Made by a program: the position numbers and the translations under genes
The notes under the pieces: generated by a model
The model's input: only the letters and a program-made list of their open reading frames with translations
Told to the model about the DNA's origin: nothing
Database searches by the model: none
In this document: positions 48,582 through 59,575 of the stretch, piece by piece
How the letters are laid out: each line of letters begins with the position of its first letter
How positions within the stretch are numbered: position 1 is the first letter of the stretch
Assembly: GCA_963699155.1 (NCBI GenBank)
Contig: OY969414.1
Location: forward strand, 555,757 to 619,756
Direction of reading: 5' to 3'
DNA from: an uncultured Chlamydiales bacterium
Lineage (GTDB): Bacteria; Chlamydiota; Chlamydiia; Chlamydiales; JAAKFR01
Length of the DNA stretch: 64,000 nt

Positions 48582-50395
48582 TTAAACCTCTTCCAAAATG
48601 AGATTATTCATGACAAATTGCCGACGCTCAGGGGTATTTTTTCCCATATAAAACTCGAGCGACTGTTTGATATCAGAAAAGGCGTGGACCTCGACCGGCT
48701 TCAGTCGCATCTCTTTACCGATAAATTGTTTGAATTCATTCGGAGAAATTTCTCCCAGCCCTTTGAAGCGGGTCACTTCTGATTTTTGCCTAAGTTCTGT
48801 ATCGCTTTGACTTTTTCCTCTTCAGAATAGCAGTAGAGCGTCTTTTCTTTATTGCGCACCTTAAAGAGGGGCGTTTCAAGAATAAAGAGGTGACCTTGAA
48901 TCACGAGCGACTCAAAGTAGGTGAGGAAAAAGGTCATCAGCAAATTGCGGATGTGCATGCCATCGACATCGGCATCGGTTGCCAAAACAACTTTGTTGTA
49001 GCGTAGGCCTGAGAGATCTTCTTCGATGTTGAGAGCACTCATCAGGTTGAACATCTCTTCGTTCTTATAGAGCTGGTCGAGCTTCATTCCATGAACGTTG
49101 AGCGGCTTGCCCCTAAGTGAGTAAATCGCTTGAGTCAAAGGATCGCGCGAGGAGACGATAGAGGCGCTAGCCGATTCACCCTCTGTTAAGAAGATCATGG
49201 TCTCATTGCTGCAGAGCGATTCTTCGTTATAGTGGTACTTACAGTCGCGCAGTTTGGGGATCTTGAAGGAGATCTTCTTCTGCTTCTCCTTAGCCTCTTT
49301 TTTGACAGCAGCCAGCTCTTTGCGGAGCCGTTCGTTGAAGACGATCCGATCGATAATTTTTTGTGCCGCTTCAGGATGTTTGTGCAGTAGGTGGTGAACC
49401 GCTTCTTTCACTTCATGAACGAGAGGGCTTCTGATTTCGGTGTTGCTCAGTTTGTTCTTCGTTTGAGATTCAAAAACGGGTTCTTTCACCTTAACCAGGA
49501 TGCACCCGACCATCCCTTCGCGGACATCGACCCCTTGAAAGTTCTTTTTACTGTATTCGTTGACCCCTTTGAGAATGCCCTCACGAAAGGCTGAGAGGTG
49601 ACTTCCGCCATCTGCAGTATATTGTCCATTGACAAAGGAGTAGTAACTCTCTCCATAGCTCTGTGTGTGGAGAAAGGCAAACTCCAGTTTCTCACCCCTA
49701 TAGTGGAGAGGTTCATAGAGACGATCTTCAGTCACTTCACTATTGAGAAGATCGAGAAGTCCATGCTCTGACTGAATCGCTGTGCCATTGTAGAGGAGAG
49801 TCAAGCCAGTATTGAGGTAGGCGTAGTGCCACAGCCGCTTTTGGATATATTCTTCCTGATAACTGAACTTCTTGAAGATCTCAATGTCAGCGATAAATTC
49901 GACATAGGTGCCATTTTTCTCATCGCTCTTCTTTTCCTGTTTCGCAAGAAGAATGCCTCGGCTGAAACTGGCTTCGAAAGATCTGCCTTCCCGATAGCTG
50001 CGGACCATAAAATGGCTTGAGAGAGCATTGACGGCCTTTAAGCCGACCCCATTCAAGCCTACAGAAAATTGGAAGACATCATCATTATATTTGGCGCCTG
50101 TGTTGATTTGGCTGACACAGTCGATCACCTTTCCCAGAGGTATTCCTCTGCCATAATCGCGGATGGCGATGCGGCTTGTTTCTGGATCGAAAGAGACAAT
50201 GATTTTGTTGCCGTGCCGCATGATGAACTCATCGACGCTGTTATCGAGCACCTCTTTGAGGAGGATATAGATCCCATCATCGATATGCGATCCATCCCCC
50301 AATCGCCCAATGTACATCCCTGAACGCAAGCGGATGTGAGTCAGCGCGTCGACCGTTTGGACCGCGCTCTCATCATATTCTTTTTTCTTAGTCAT
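48582..50395 (-). CDS. parE: Topoisomerase IV subunit B (chlamydial GyrB2), split by a 1-bp frameshift near 48781
   Basis: GMYIG, NSVDE, DYGRGIP, TEGESA, LRGKPLN, TDADVDG; TRFKGLGEISP continues in another frame (48582-48776). Confidence 0.93.
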
Positions 50396-50470
50396 AGAGA
50401 ACTATTATACCTTCTCAAAAAAATCTAGTCTATAATCCTGATTCTCCTGTATATAGCTAAAATTGTAATT

Positions 50471-51472
50471 ATGCTTATCGGAATTCTCGGAATTAACCAT
50501 AAGTCGGCCGATCTCCCCCTCCGTGAAAAGCTTGCCTGCGCTTGCGACAGGCTTTTTGGCTCTCCCCGCTTTCTCCACCATCTCTTCTCCTATGTTCTTC
50601 TCTCGACATGTAACCGAACGGAGATCTATTTTCATTCCGATGATCTTGCAGAAACGCATACTTATCTTTTGAATTCGCTCCGCCACTATATCGAGGAGGA
50701 GTTCGAACACCGGATCTATTCCTATTTTGGTAGCGACTGCTTCTTTCATCTTGCGCGGGTGACGGCTGGGGTCGATAGCGCCCTGATCGGAGAGACCGAA
50801 ATTCAGGGACAGGTCAAAAGGGCTTACGAAGCCGCTTCTGTGCAAAGGCTTCTCGCTTCCCCCCTCCACTTCCTCTTTCAGAAATGTCTCAAAATCGGAA
50901 AGCAGATCCGCGCTACCATGCCCTCAGAACTCCTTTCCATCGAAGAGGCCGTTGTCAACTCCGCTCGTACCAGCTTTCAAGACTTTCGCCAAACTAAAGC
51001 ACTCCTGATCGGCCTTTCTGAGATTAACCACAAAATTCTCCATCGTCTCAAGAAACTTCAGCTAAAAGAGATCACTCTCTGCAACCGTACAGATGAGAAA
51101 GCTTCAGAGCTCGCCAATCGTGAGAATTTCAACTTTCTTCCTTGGGCCGCTCTCCAGGAATGGATCCATTACGATTGGGTCATTTGTGGCACCAAATCGC
51201 TCCACTTCCTCCTCTTCGAACCAACCCAAGCCATCACCGCCAAATTGGTCATCGATCTCAGCGTTCCCCGCAACGTCGACCCCAAAGTGGGCCGCCATCT
51301 CACTCTCCTGAACGTCGATCAGCTCAACCAAGTCCTCGACAACAAACGGCGCCTCCGCGCCCAAGAGCTCGCCCGTCTCGAGTCCCACCTCATCGCCCAA
51401 TCTGTCGCCCGCCAGCTCTCCCTCTTCAAACAGCGCGAACAGCGCCACTCCACCCACTCCATCGTCGCCTAG
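50471..51472 (+). CDS. hemA: Glutamyl-tRNA reductase (short chlamydial type)
   Basis: GINHK, LSTCNRTEIY, GETEIQGQVKRAY, DLSVPRNV. Confidence 0.94.
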   Translation: MLIGILGINHKSADLPLREKLACACDRLFGSPRFLHHLFSYVLLSTCNRTEIYFHSDDLAETHTYLLNSLRHYIEEEFEHRIYSYFGSDCFFHLARVTAGVDSALIGETEIQGQVKRAYEAASVQRLLASPLHFLFQKCLKIGKQIRATMPSELLSIEEAVVNSARTSFQDFRQTKALLIGLSEINHKILHRLKKLQLKEITLCNRTDEKASELANRENFNFLPWAALQEWIHYDWVICGTKSLHFLLFEPTQAITAKLVIDLSVPRNVDPKVGRHLTLLNVDQLNQVLDNKRRLRAQELARLESHLIAQSVARQLSLFKQREQRHSTHSIVA

Positions 51473-51493
51473 AAATTGCGCTGCTGACATTTG

Positions 51494-51824
51494 AAGGGGA
51501 GGGCCCCTCACATCGCTTCGCTTGTTCGCCCCCCTCCCCTTAAACCACTCTCCCGCCCATTTTTGGGAGAGATCTGTCGACTCCGCGAGGATATTTGCCA
51601 AGACACAACATGGATCCTAAATGGCTTCTCATTTATCTGTCGGGCGGTTGCGTCACTTCGTGTCAGCAACCCACCCGACATGTATATAAGCTGCTTTTTA
51701 AGATCGATTGTACTGTCTTGGTTGCTTAGACTCCATTCTGGAAAATCTCTCCCAAACATGGGCGGGAGAGGGGTTTAAGGGGAGGGGGGCGAGCGAACGT
51801 AGTGATGCGAGGGGCCCTCCCCTT
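51494..51824. repeat. ~330-bp element with ~80-bp imperfect terminal inverted repeats and a central hairpin (MITE/REPIN-like)
   Basis: 51494-51573 vs reverse complement of 51745-51824, about 8 mismatches; central GTCGGGCGGTTGC...GCAACCCACCCGAC. Confidence 0.85.
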
Positions 51825-52068
51825 ATAATAACTGCAGACTTCCTTAACTTGACGGCATTACCCTGCCACCCCCATTGAGCCACATCTTGCTTTGCCATAT
51901 CGCCTCCTCGCTGGGAGGGTGTGCACAGCACTACCCTCCACGCTTCGCTCAGCTCCGGAAGCGATCTGGCTTTGCAATCTGCGGCCGCGGACTACTCGCG
52001 CACTCATTCCCCACCGTGACTTGCGTCTCATGGTGGGACCCCTTTCGTGTCAGCTCGTAGACATACCT

Positions 52069-52234
52069 GGGGGAGGGCCCTTCGCATCGCTTCGCTTGCT
52101 CACCCCCCTCCCCCAGGCCCCCTCTCCCACCCATCCTTGAAGCTCATTTTGCGAAATTATTTCTAGTTACATCTTGCGAAAGTGATGCCTCGCAACTCTT
52201 GCTGCGAACGGGGGCCCTCCTCCCCTTAAACCCC
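52069..52234 (+). repeat. Further degenerate copies of the same arm
   Basis: 52069-52134 is a direct copy (GGGGAGGGCCCTTCGCATCGCTTCGCTTGCTCACCCCCCTCCCC...); partial copy at about 52210-52234. Confidence 0.75.
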
Positions 52235-52394
52235 AATGCTGTCAAATTATGAAAAACGGTTTTCAGCTCAGCCTTCTTCGCTTCAGCCTTGGCCTTGCCT
52301 CGGCTTACGCGATATCTGAGGGAGAGAGGCTTACGCCGCCTCTTCGCAATGGCGCCCTTTTATAGATAAAAAACCTGAGAGGGAAGGAATATGC

Positions 52395-52426
52395 TTGAAA
52401 ACATTATGTTTTTTGGCATAATGTTT
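52395..52426 (+). promoter_or_regulatory. Sigma70-type promoter with overlapping palindromic operator
   Basis: TTGAAA-N16-CATAAT (TG-extended); perfect inverted repeat AAACATTATG-N8-CATAATGTTT at 52399-52426. Confidence 0.65.
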
Positions 52427-52430
52427 AGAT

Positions 52431-53831
52431 ATGAAGTTTGTGAATCGACAAGAGGAGATGGCTCGCTTGGATCGGCTAATTGCCCTTAAAGAAGGGTCGT
52501 TTGCTGTGATTTGGGGGCGCAGGCGTGTTGGGAAGACGCGGCTTGTACTTGAGTGGGTAGATCGCCATAAGGGGATCTACTTTATGGCCGATGAGTCTGC
52601 TCCTACTATTCAGAGAAGGTATTTTTCGCTGGCTATTGAACAAGTTTTGCCAGGATTTGCCGATGTGGAATACCCCGATTGGGGGGTGTTATTGAGTCGA
52701 TTGGCTAAAGAAGCAAAGCAGATGGGTTGGAGGGGACCGATTGTCATTGATGAGCTTCCCTATTTGATCAGTGGCTCACCTGAATTACCTAGTGTATTGC
52801 AAACGTTTGTAGATCATGAGGCTAAAAAGGCGGGCTTGATCATTGCTCTGTGTGGGTCGAGTCAGCCGATGATGATGGGGGCTATCTTAGAAAGAACAGC
52901 TCCTCTCTATGGAAGAGCGGAGGAAATCATCAAATTGGGACCTATCGCAGCGAGAGGCATGGAAGAGGGATTGGGATTTAAGAGTCCTAGAGAGGTTATA
53001 GAGAACTATGCGATTTGGGGTGGGATTCCACGTTACTGGGAGCTCGTTGCTAATAGAGGAGGCCCACTGATTGACACTATCGATGCTTTAGTTCTAGATC
53101 CGCTGGGAGTTCTTCAGGACGAACCAAACCGATTACTTCATGAGGAACTGCCTTCCGCGCTTATTTTGCGCCCCATACTAGATTCTATTGGTTTAGGGGC
53201 TCGTCGCCTTTCTGAGATTGCAGCCAGCTTGGGCCAGCCTGCAACCTCTCTCTCTCGACCTTTGCAGCGCCTCAAAGATCTCGATTTTGTGGAGAAGGAG
53301 ATTCCATTTGGTGTGCTTGAGCATCATTCTAAGCGTGTTTTATATAAAATCGGTGACCCATTTATCCGTTTTTGGTTTGAAGTTGTGGCGCCGAGAAGAA
53401 GTTTTTTTGTTCAAGCCCGTGCTTCTTTACGCAAGAAAGTGTTGAAAGACGCTTTACCCTCTCTTTTCTCCCTGGGGTGGGAAGAGCAGTGCCGTCTTGC
53501 AGCGCCTTTGCTTGCTGGCGAGTGGCGGGACAAAATCTTTCTCCCTGCAAGACGGTTTTGGCATGGCCAAGGACCCGAATGGGATTGTGTGACAGCATCA
53601 GAAGATGGTCATGAACTTTTGCTAGGCGAAGCAAAATGGTCTGCTGATCCCCCTACAGAGGAATCTATTTTAAGGACCATTGCTGAGTTAAAGAGAAAGG
53701 GCGTTCCCCCCATCGATCGGCACCACAACATACACGTTATTTATGCTCTTTTCATTCCCGAAAAACCAAAAAAACTCAGGCTTCCTGAAGATACCCAAGT
53801 ATTTGATGCGGCCGATGTGTTAAACGCCTAG
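52431..53831 (+). CDS. Archaeal-type AAA ATPase with winged HTH and a C-terminal DUF234/PD-(D/E)xK-like domain
   Basis: [30 protein letters not shown], w[14 protein letters not shown]...GEAKW. Confidence 0.85.
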   Translation: MKFVNRQEEMARLDRLIALKEGSFAVIWGRRRVGKTRLVLEWVDRHKGIYFMADESAPTIQRRYFSLAIEQVLPGFADVEYPDWGVLLSRLAKEAKQMGWRGPIVIDELPYLISGSPELPSVLQTFVDHEAKKAGLIIALCGSSQPMMMGAILERTAPLYGRAEEIIKLGPIAARGMEEGLGFKSPREVIENYAIWGGIPRYWELVANRGGPLIDTIDALVLDPLGVLQDEPNRLLHEELPSALILRPILDSIGLGARRLSEIAASLGQPATSLSRPLQRLKDLDFVEKEIPFGVLEHHSKRVLYKIGDPFIRFWFEVVAPRRSFFVQARASLRKKVLKDALPSLFSLGWEEQCRLAAPLLAGEWRDKIFLPARRFWHGQGPEWDCVTASEDGHELLLGEAKWSADPPTEESILRTIAELKRKGVPPIDRHHNIHVIYALFIPEKPKKLRLPEDTQVFDAADVLNA

Positions 53832-53839
53832 AGCTCTTG

Positions 53840-55210
53840 TCAGAAAGAGGCGTTGCCGGGGGTGCGGGGGAAGGGGATGACCTCGCGGATGTTTTCCATG
53901 CCGGTGACGAACTGGACGAGGCGCTCGAAGCCGGCACCGAAGCCAGCGTGAGGGACGGTACCATATTTGCGCAGCTCGAGATACCACCAGTAGGCTGATT
54001 TGTCCATTTCGAGATGGTTCATCTTGTCGATGAGGATGTCGTAGCGCTCTTCACGCTGGCTGCCGCCGATGATCTCACCGACACCGGGGACGAGGAGATC
54101 CATCGCTGCGACTGTTTTGTTATCGTGGTTTGCGCGCATGTAGAAGGCCTTGATAGTAGCAGGGTAGTCGCGAACGATCACAGGTCTTTTGAAATGCTCT
54201 TCGCAGAGGAAGCGCTCATGTTCTGATTGAAGGTCACAGCCCCATGTGATGGGGAACTCAAAACTTTTGCCACTTTTCTTCAAGATATCGACCGCTTCAG
54301 TGTAGGTGATGCGCTCGAAGGGTTTTTCGATGATCTCTTGAAGACGTGCGAGGATTCCTTTGCTGATGAATTGGTCGAAAAGCTCCATATCTTCGTGATT
54401 TTTTTCAAGAACGGCCTGAAAAACAGCTTTCAGATAGGCTTCAGCGAGGTCCATATCATCATTGAGATCGGCAAAGGCGATCTCGGGTTCGATCATCCAA
54501 AACTCGGCGAGGTGGCGAGAGGTGTGGGAGTTCTCTGCGCGGAAGGTAGGCCCGAAGGTGTAGATATCAGAAAGGGCGCAGGCATAGATCTCTGCATTGA
54601 GTTGCCCTGACACAGTGAGGTAGGCCTCTTTTCCGAAAAAATCTTGGGTGTGATCCACATCGCCGGCTTCATTGCGGGGAGGCTGCGCTTTGTCGAGTGT
54701 GGTGACCTGAAACATCTTTCCACCTCCCTCACAGTCGGAGGAGGTGATGATGGGCGTGTGCACATAGATAAAATCGCGCTCCTGGAAAAAGCGATGAGTA
54801 GCATAAGCGAGAGTGTTGCGGACGCGGGTGATCGCTCCGATTGTATTGGTGCGCGGTCTTAAATGGGCGATCTCTCTCAAAAATTCAAAACTGTGCCGTT
54901 TTTTCTGGAGCGGATAGCTTTCGGCATCACAGGAGCCAATCAGTTCGACAGAGGTAGCATGAAGTTCTACGGACTGCTTGGCTCCGGGGCTTTCAACAAG
55001 TTTGCCTTGTACGCTGACGGAACAGCCTGTAGTTAGCATGTGAGGGATTTTTTGATCGGCGATGATCTGCAAATTGGAGAGCGTCGAGCCATCATTGATT
55101 TCGATGAAGGTGAAATTTTTCTGTTCGCGGACCGTGCGGACCCAGCCTCGTACAGTGACCTCTTGGCCGATTTTCTTTTTGTCTTTAACATTGCGAATCT
55201 TCACTCTCAT
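53840..55210 (-). CDS. asnS: Asparagine--tRNA ligase
   Basis: [48 protein letters not shown]. Confidence 0.98.
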   Translation of the reverse strand: MRVKIRNVKDKKKIGQEVTVRGWVRTVREQKNFTFIEINDGSTLSNLQIIADQKIPHMLTTGCSVSVQGKLVESPGAKQSVELHATSVELIGSCDAESYPLQKKRHSFEFLREIAHLRPRTNTIGAITRVRNTLAYATHRFFQERDFIYVHTPIITSSDCEGGGKMFQVTTLDKAQPPRNEAGDVDHTQDFFGKEAYLTVSGQLNAEIYACALSDIYTFGPTFRAENSHTSRHLAEFWMIEPEIAFADLNDDMDLAEAYLKAVFQAVLEKNHEDMELFDQFISKGILARLQEIIEKPFERITYTEAVDILKKSGKSFEFPITWGCDLQSEHERFLCEEHFKRPVIVRDYPATIKAFYMRANHDNKTVAAMDLLVPGVGEIIGGSQREERYDILIDKMNHLEMDKSAYWWYLELRKYGTVPHAGFGAGFERLVQFVTGMENIREVIPFPRTPGNASF

Positions 55211-56073
55211 CTAGCAAACTCCCTGAGCATCCAAATTTCTTTATCCCACACTTCAGGGCCTTCCGGCGTTTCCAGATATTTAGGAATGATCCGCGTCGCT
55301 CGGTGGGTCATTAAAAACTTAAAACTTTCTAAGCCGATCTGACCCTGCCCGAGAGAAGCGTGACGATCCTTTCTAGAATTGAACTCTTTGACCGAGTCGT
55401 TGATATGAAAGGCGTATAGATAGGGAAGGCCGACAGTTTTATCAAAAGTTTCTAAAGTCTTCGTCCACGCTTCTGGGGTGCGGATATCGTAACCTGCCAC
55501 AAAGATATGGCAGGTGTCGATACAGACTCCGATGGGAAGCGCCCCACCGATTTTGGTGATAATATAGGCTAACTCTTCAAAAGTGCAGCCCACAGATGAT
55601 CCTTGACCTGCTGTCGTTTCTAGAAGCAGCTTGGTCTCGTCATCGACAAATAGATCTTGGAACTCAAAAAGGCTTTCGACAATACGGTTGAGGCACTCTT
55701 CACGGGGCGCATCGAGGGCGGCACCTGGGTGGAAGTTGATGAAGGAGAGGCCTAAGGCCAAACAGCGCTCCACCTCTTCCCGAAAGGCGTTGCGGCTCTT
55801 CTGCAGCGCCGCAGGATCGGGTGAGCCGAGATTGATGAGGTAGCTGGCGTGGCTCATGATCGCTTTCAGGCCGCTCTTCTCTTGCGTCACTTTGAAAAGG
55901 TCGATCTGCTCTTCGGTCAGTTCTCTCCCTTTCCACTGTCTCTGATTGGAGGTGAAGAGCTGAACGGTGGTTGCACCGATACTCTTTCCTTCAATCAGTG
56001 CATTGTGAACCCCTCCTGCTGTGGAGGTATGGGCTCCAATCAAAAGTTGATCTGCGGGTATCTTTTGTGGCAT
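55207..56073 (-). CDS. nfo: Endonuclease IV
   Basis: [40 protein letters not shown]. Confidence 0.96.
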   Translation of the reverse strand: MPQKIPADQLLIGAHTSTAGGVHNALIEGKSIGATTVQLFTSNQRQWKGRELTEEQIDLFKVTQEKSGLKAIMSHASYLINLGSPDPAALQKSRNAFREEVERCLALGLSFINFHPGAALDAPREECLNRIVESLFEFQDLFVDDETKLLLETTAGQGSSVGCTFEELAYIITKIGGALPIGVCIDTCHIFVAGYDIRTPEAWTKTLETFDKTVGLPYLYAFHINDSVKEFNSRKDRHASLGQGQIGLESFKFLMTHRATRIIPKYLETPEGPEVWDKEIWMLREFAR

Positions 56074-56101
56074 AAGGTCAATAGATATATCACGAAAAGA
56101 G

Positions 56102-57706
56102 ATGACAATTCAAGACTCAACCCACTCCATCGTTAAGAACGCTAAACGTTTTTTTTCAGGAACGGCCATCAGCCGAGCGACAGGTCTCGGCAGGGAAGTG
56201 GTCATGGCGATTGCTTTCGGCACCCAGCCTCTCATCGCCGCTTTCTGGATGGCCTTTCGCTTTGCCCACCTCCTCCGTCGCCTCTTTGGTGAGGGTGCTC
56301 TAAACGCCGCCTTTATCCCCCACTTTGAGACTCTACGCAAAGAGAATGGCTTTCTTGGGGCCCGCTTTTTCTATGATCTTTCGACCGGCATCTCCCTCTT
56401 CTTGTTGCTGATCACCCTGCTCGCAGAAGCCATCCTAGGGGCCTTCCTACTCTTTATGCCGATGAGCCAGGGAAATTATGATGTGGTCAAGTTGACGATG
56501 CTGATGCTACCGGCGCTCGTCTTCATCTGTCTCTATGCTCTCAATAGCGCGCTTCTCAACTGTGAAAAAAACTATTTTTTACCGAGTGTCGCCCCCGCCC
56601 TACTCAATATCATCTGGATAGGCGCCATCCTGATTCTCTGGAAATTGCCCCTCGCAAAAGCGATCGATTATTTGGCGATGACCGTCGTCCTTGCCTTTGT
56701 CTTGCAATGGATTGTCACCGTTCCTCCTGTCTTCCGCTATCTGCGCCTCGAGCTCGGGGATAAGTGGAGGAGCCACTCCTTCTCAGGGCGCGAAATTTTG
56801 AAAATCCTCCGCCCCTTTCTTCTCGGCCTGGTCGGCGTTGCTGCCACACAGATCAATACCGCCTTAGATACCCTCTTCGCCCGTGCGGCTAATGAACAGG
56901 GTCCTGCCTATTTATGGTATGCCATCCGCATCCAGCAGTTGCCTCTCGGCCTACTTGGGGTGGGATTAACAGGTGCTCTTCTTCCCCCCATTTCACGTGC
57001 GGTTGAGAGGGGCGATCGCGAACAATCCCTCCACTTCCTCAACTTTGCCCTCTCGAGAACACTCCTCTTCATGATTCCGCTGACAGCAGCTATCTTTGTT
57101 CTCGGCTTTTCAGGGATCAATCTCGTCTATGGTCATGGAGAATTCTCTCAAGAGGCCACTTTCCAAACGACACTCTGCTTATGGGGTTATGGGCTGGCGC
57201 TTGCACCGATGACGCTCGTCCTCGTCTCTGCCTCAGCTTGCTATGCCCATAAGAACTACCGCACCCCGACCCTCTTTTCAGCGATCACCGTAGGCCTCAA
57301 CATCGCTCTCAACGCCCTCTTTGTCTACGGATTTCATCTCGGAGCGGTCAGCATCGCTCTCGCCACCACCCTCGGCGCTTGCGTGAATGGCGCTCTTCTC
57401 CTCTCTCTTCTGAAAAAGAACTATGGCTTAAAGTGGGAAAGACTCTTTTCTTCGACCATTAAAGTGAGCATCGCCTCACTTATTGCCATTGCCGCAACAG
57501 CAGCAGTTGGCTCCCTCTATCACGACCAAACCCTCGCCTGGCTTCTGGGGCATGACTGGAGCCCATTTTCAAGAAGCTTGATCACACAGCTGACCACCTT
57601 TGGAATGATGGCTCTCAGCTTTACGCTCTCTTTTCTCCTCTCAGCCCAGCTCCTGAGGATAGAACTCTTTTCTTGGTCCCGCTTGCGCTTTGCCAGAAGA
57701 GCCTAA
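56102..57706 (+). CDS. murJ: Lipid II flippase MurJ/MviN
   Basis: SRATGLGRE, RRLFGEGAL..AFIP, RIQQLPLG, many TM helices. Confidence 0.95.
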   Translation: MTIQDSTHSIVKNAKRFFSGTAISRATGLGREVVMAIAFGTQPLIAAFWMAFRFAHLLRRLFGEGALNAAFIPHFETLRKENGFLGARFFYDLSTGISLFLLLITLLAEAILGAFLLFMPMSQGNYDVVKLTMLMLPALVFICLYALNSALLNCEKNYFLPSVAPALLNIIWIGAILILWKLPLAKAIDYLAMTVVLAFVLQWIVTVPPVFRYLRLELGDKWRSHSFSGREILKILRPFLLGLVGVAATQINTALDTLFARAANEQGPAYLWYAIRIQQLPLGLLGVGLTGALLPPISRAVERGDREQSLHFLNFALSRTLLFMIPLTAAIFVLGFSGINLVYGHGEFSQEATFQTTLCLWGYGLALAPMTLVLVSASACYAHKNYRTPTLFSAITVGLNIALNALFVYGFHLGAVSIALATTLGACVNGALLLSLLKKNYGLKWERLFSSTIKVSIASLIAIAATAAVGSLYHDQTLAWLLGHDWSPFSRSLITQLTTFGMMALSFTLSFLLSAQLLRIELFSWSRLRFARRA

Positions 57707-58157
57707 TCGGCAGCGTCGAGAAGTCTGTGGCTCTCTTCCTGTACACTTGCCAACTCCACACTTCTTGCTTCATTTTGATTTTGGGTTCTACAAACGGTGA
57801 CTGTTCTATAAGCTACACAAGCCGTACAACCCACCCCTAAAAGATTCAAGATTCCCAATCCTATATACCAGATATCGATTAGATCACTTTGATAGCAGGC
57901 GCGAACATGCTCTTTTTGTGCAGTAGAGCATTCCGTAATATTTGTTACACAAGCCGAATATCTTCTTTGGGCTTCAGTACAAAGCCTCTCATTCTTACTG
58001 CCTACATAGGAGAAGTGAAAAGAAAGGATAGTGCCCACTGAACTTATCACAAATAAGGTGTTAATCGCCGCCGTCGCCAGAAGTTTTCGCTTCGACGCGT
58101 ATCCGATTGCCACCAAATAGAGAGCGCTCTTTGAGCTCCTGAAACAGCAGCTGCCAT
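57703..58157 (-). pseudogene. Frameshifted paralog of the 58173-58625 membrane protein
   Basis: ATG 58157 (MAAAVSGAQRALSIWW) is one base out of frame with the body (KLLATAA...YVGS..RLCTEA...VELASVQEES); one base missing near 58096. Confidence 0.7.
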
Positions 58158-58172
58158 AATCAACTCCTTATA

Positions 58173-58625
58173 TTAATCGGGGGGACTATCGAGGAGGGCT
58201 TGGCTCTCTTCCTGAACACTAGCCAACTCCACTCTTCTTGCTGCCTCTTGCCTTTGAGCTTTACAAATGGTGATTGTTTTAGAAGCAACGCGCACGATGT
58301 ACATACACGAAAGAAGAATCACTGCTCCTAGTCCGACATAATACATATCAACTAGATCAGATTCATGACAGGCTGCTAAGCGTTCTCTTTGAAGAGATTC
58401 ACATACTGTCATATTCCCAGCCGTATATCTTGCCGAGGCTTCTGTGCAGAGCCTATCATCCGTGCTGCCTACATAGCGCTTGTGTAAAACAACGATAGCA
58501 ACAGCTGAACCAACAGCTGCCAAAGCGGCAACACCTGCCGATACCAAATGTTTTGGTTCTAACCTCATTCCTTCTTTCCACCAAAAGGGGGTGGCTCTTT
58601 GAGCTCCTGAAGCACCACTAGCCAT
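58173..58625 (-). CDS. Two-TM membrane protein with a Cys-containing loop
   Basis: AAGGAG RBS before ATG 58625; two hydrophobic helices; clear paralogy with the adjacent copy. Confidence 0.75.
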   Translation of the reverse strand: MASGASGAQRATPFWWKEGMRLEPKHLVSAGVAALAAVGSAVAIVVLHKRYVGSTDDRLCTEASARYTAGNMTVCESLQRERLAACHESDLVDMYYVGLGAVILLSCMYIVRVASKTITICKAQRQEAARRVELASVQEESQALLDSPPD

Positions 58626-58740
58626 AATCAACTCCTTTAAAAGACCCCTTCTGCTGTTCGCAAGATGTTATGAAAGAGGTCTAATTTTGTTGAGCAGGAA
58701 TGATACGAGAAAAATTTTAATTGGCAAGAGCTTTTGGCAT

Positions 58741-58836
58741 GAGCAAGCTCCCTACAGTACGGCTTTTTACGCCGTCCTGTATTGGCCATTGAAGGGCGGT
58801 GCAGAGCACCGCACTCCAGGGAAGTCGCTGCGCTCG
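58741..58836. repeat. REP-like palindromes downstream of rpsD
   Basis: GCGGTGC-AGA-GCACCGC-ACTCCA hairpin; GAGCAAGCTCCCTAC; ACGGC-N7-GCCGT. Confidence 0.45.
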
Positions 58837-58846
58837 TTCTAAAAGA

Positions 58847-59473
58847 TTAGGTCTTATGCGACAGGAACTCGCAGACGACGGGGATGTTGATGGGGAGCGG
58901 GAGCTGCCCTTCGATCTGGTCGATCTCGGGGGCCATCAGCAGTTTGCCTGCGAAGTTGTCTTTGTTGAGCTCGAGGTAGGCAGGGGTTTGCTGAGCGGCG
59001 GTCTCGAGGGAGTCGACGATCGCTTTGCTTTTACGAGACCTCTCGCGGATGGAGATTTCCATGCCGGGCTTCACGAAGAAGGAGCGGCGATCGACCTTTT
59101 TTCCGTTGACGAGGATGTGGCCGTGAGAGACGAGCTGCTGAGCGCCAAAGATGGTGCGGGCAAAGCGGAGGCGGTAAACAACGGTGTCCAGGCGGCACTC
59201 AAGGCGCTGCATGAAGAGCTGAGAGGTGTTGCCTTCTTGAGCGACAGCCTCTTTGAACATCTTGACTATCTGCTTTTCCATCAGCATGCCATAACAGGCT
59301 TTGAGCTTCTGCTTCTCTTCGAGCTGAATGCCATAGTCCGACTTTTTACGACGACGTGCCCCATGTTGGCCGGGAGGGTTGGCCTTGCGCAAAAGAGGGT
59401 TGCGGGCGCGGCCGAAAATATTGGCTCCGAATTTGCGGGCGATGCGGTTTTTTGGACCTCGATAACGTGCCAT
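58847..59473 (-). CDS. rpsD: 30S ribosomal protein S4
   Basis: [44 protein letters not shown]. Confidence 0.98.
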   Translation of the reverse strand: MARYRGPKNRIARKFGANIFGRARNPLLRKANPPGQHGARRRKKSDYGIQLEEKQKLKACYGMLMEKQIVKMFKEAVAQEGNTSQLFMQRLECRLDTVVYRLRFARTIFGAQQLVSHGHILVNGKKVDRRSFFVKPGMEISIRERSRKSKAIVDSLETAAQQTPAYLELNKDNFAGKLLMAPEIDQIEGQLPLPINIPVVCEFLSHKT

Positions 59474-59575
59474 TCCTTCTCCTAAAGAAATCGAAAATAA
59501 TAAGAGGAGAGATCATATCCAGGGGTGCGATTTTCTACAATAGATTTATTCCTCAGAGGCTTGTATACTACTCCT

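Noticed and set aside
51491..52140. Several 60-95 aa ORFs
   Set aside because: They lie in the palindromic repeat cluster, lack an RBS and show no transposase motif.
51480..52330. Possible CRISPR array
   Set aside because: Repeats are long, inverted and irregularly spaced; no cas genes.
58799..59485. 228-aa plus-strand ORF
   Set aside because: Antisense shadow of rpsD.
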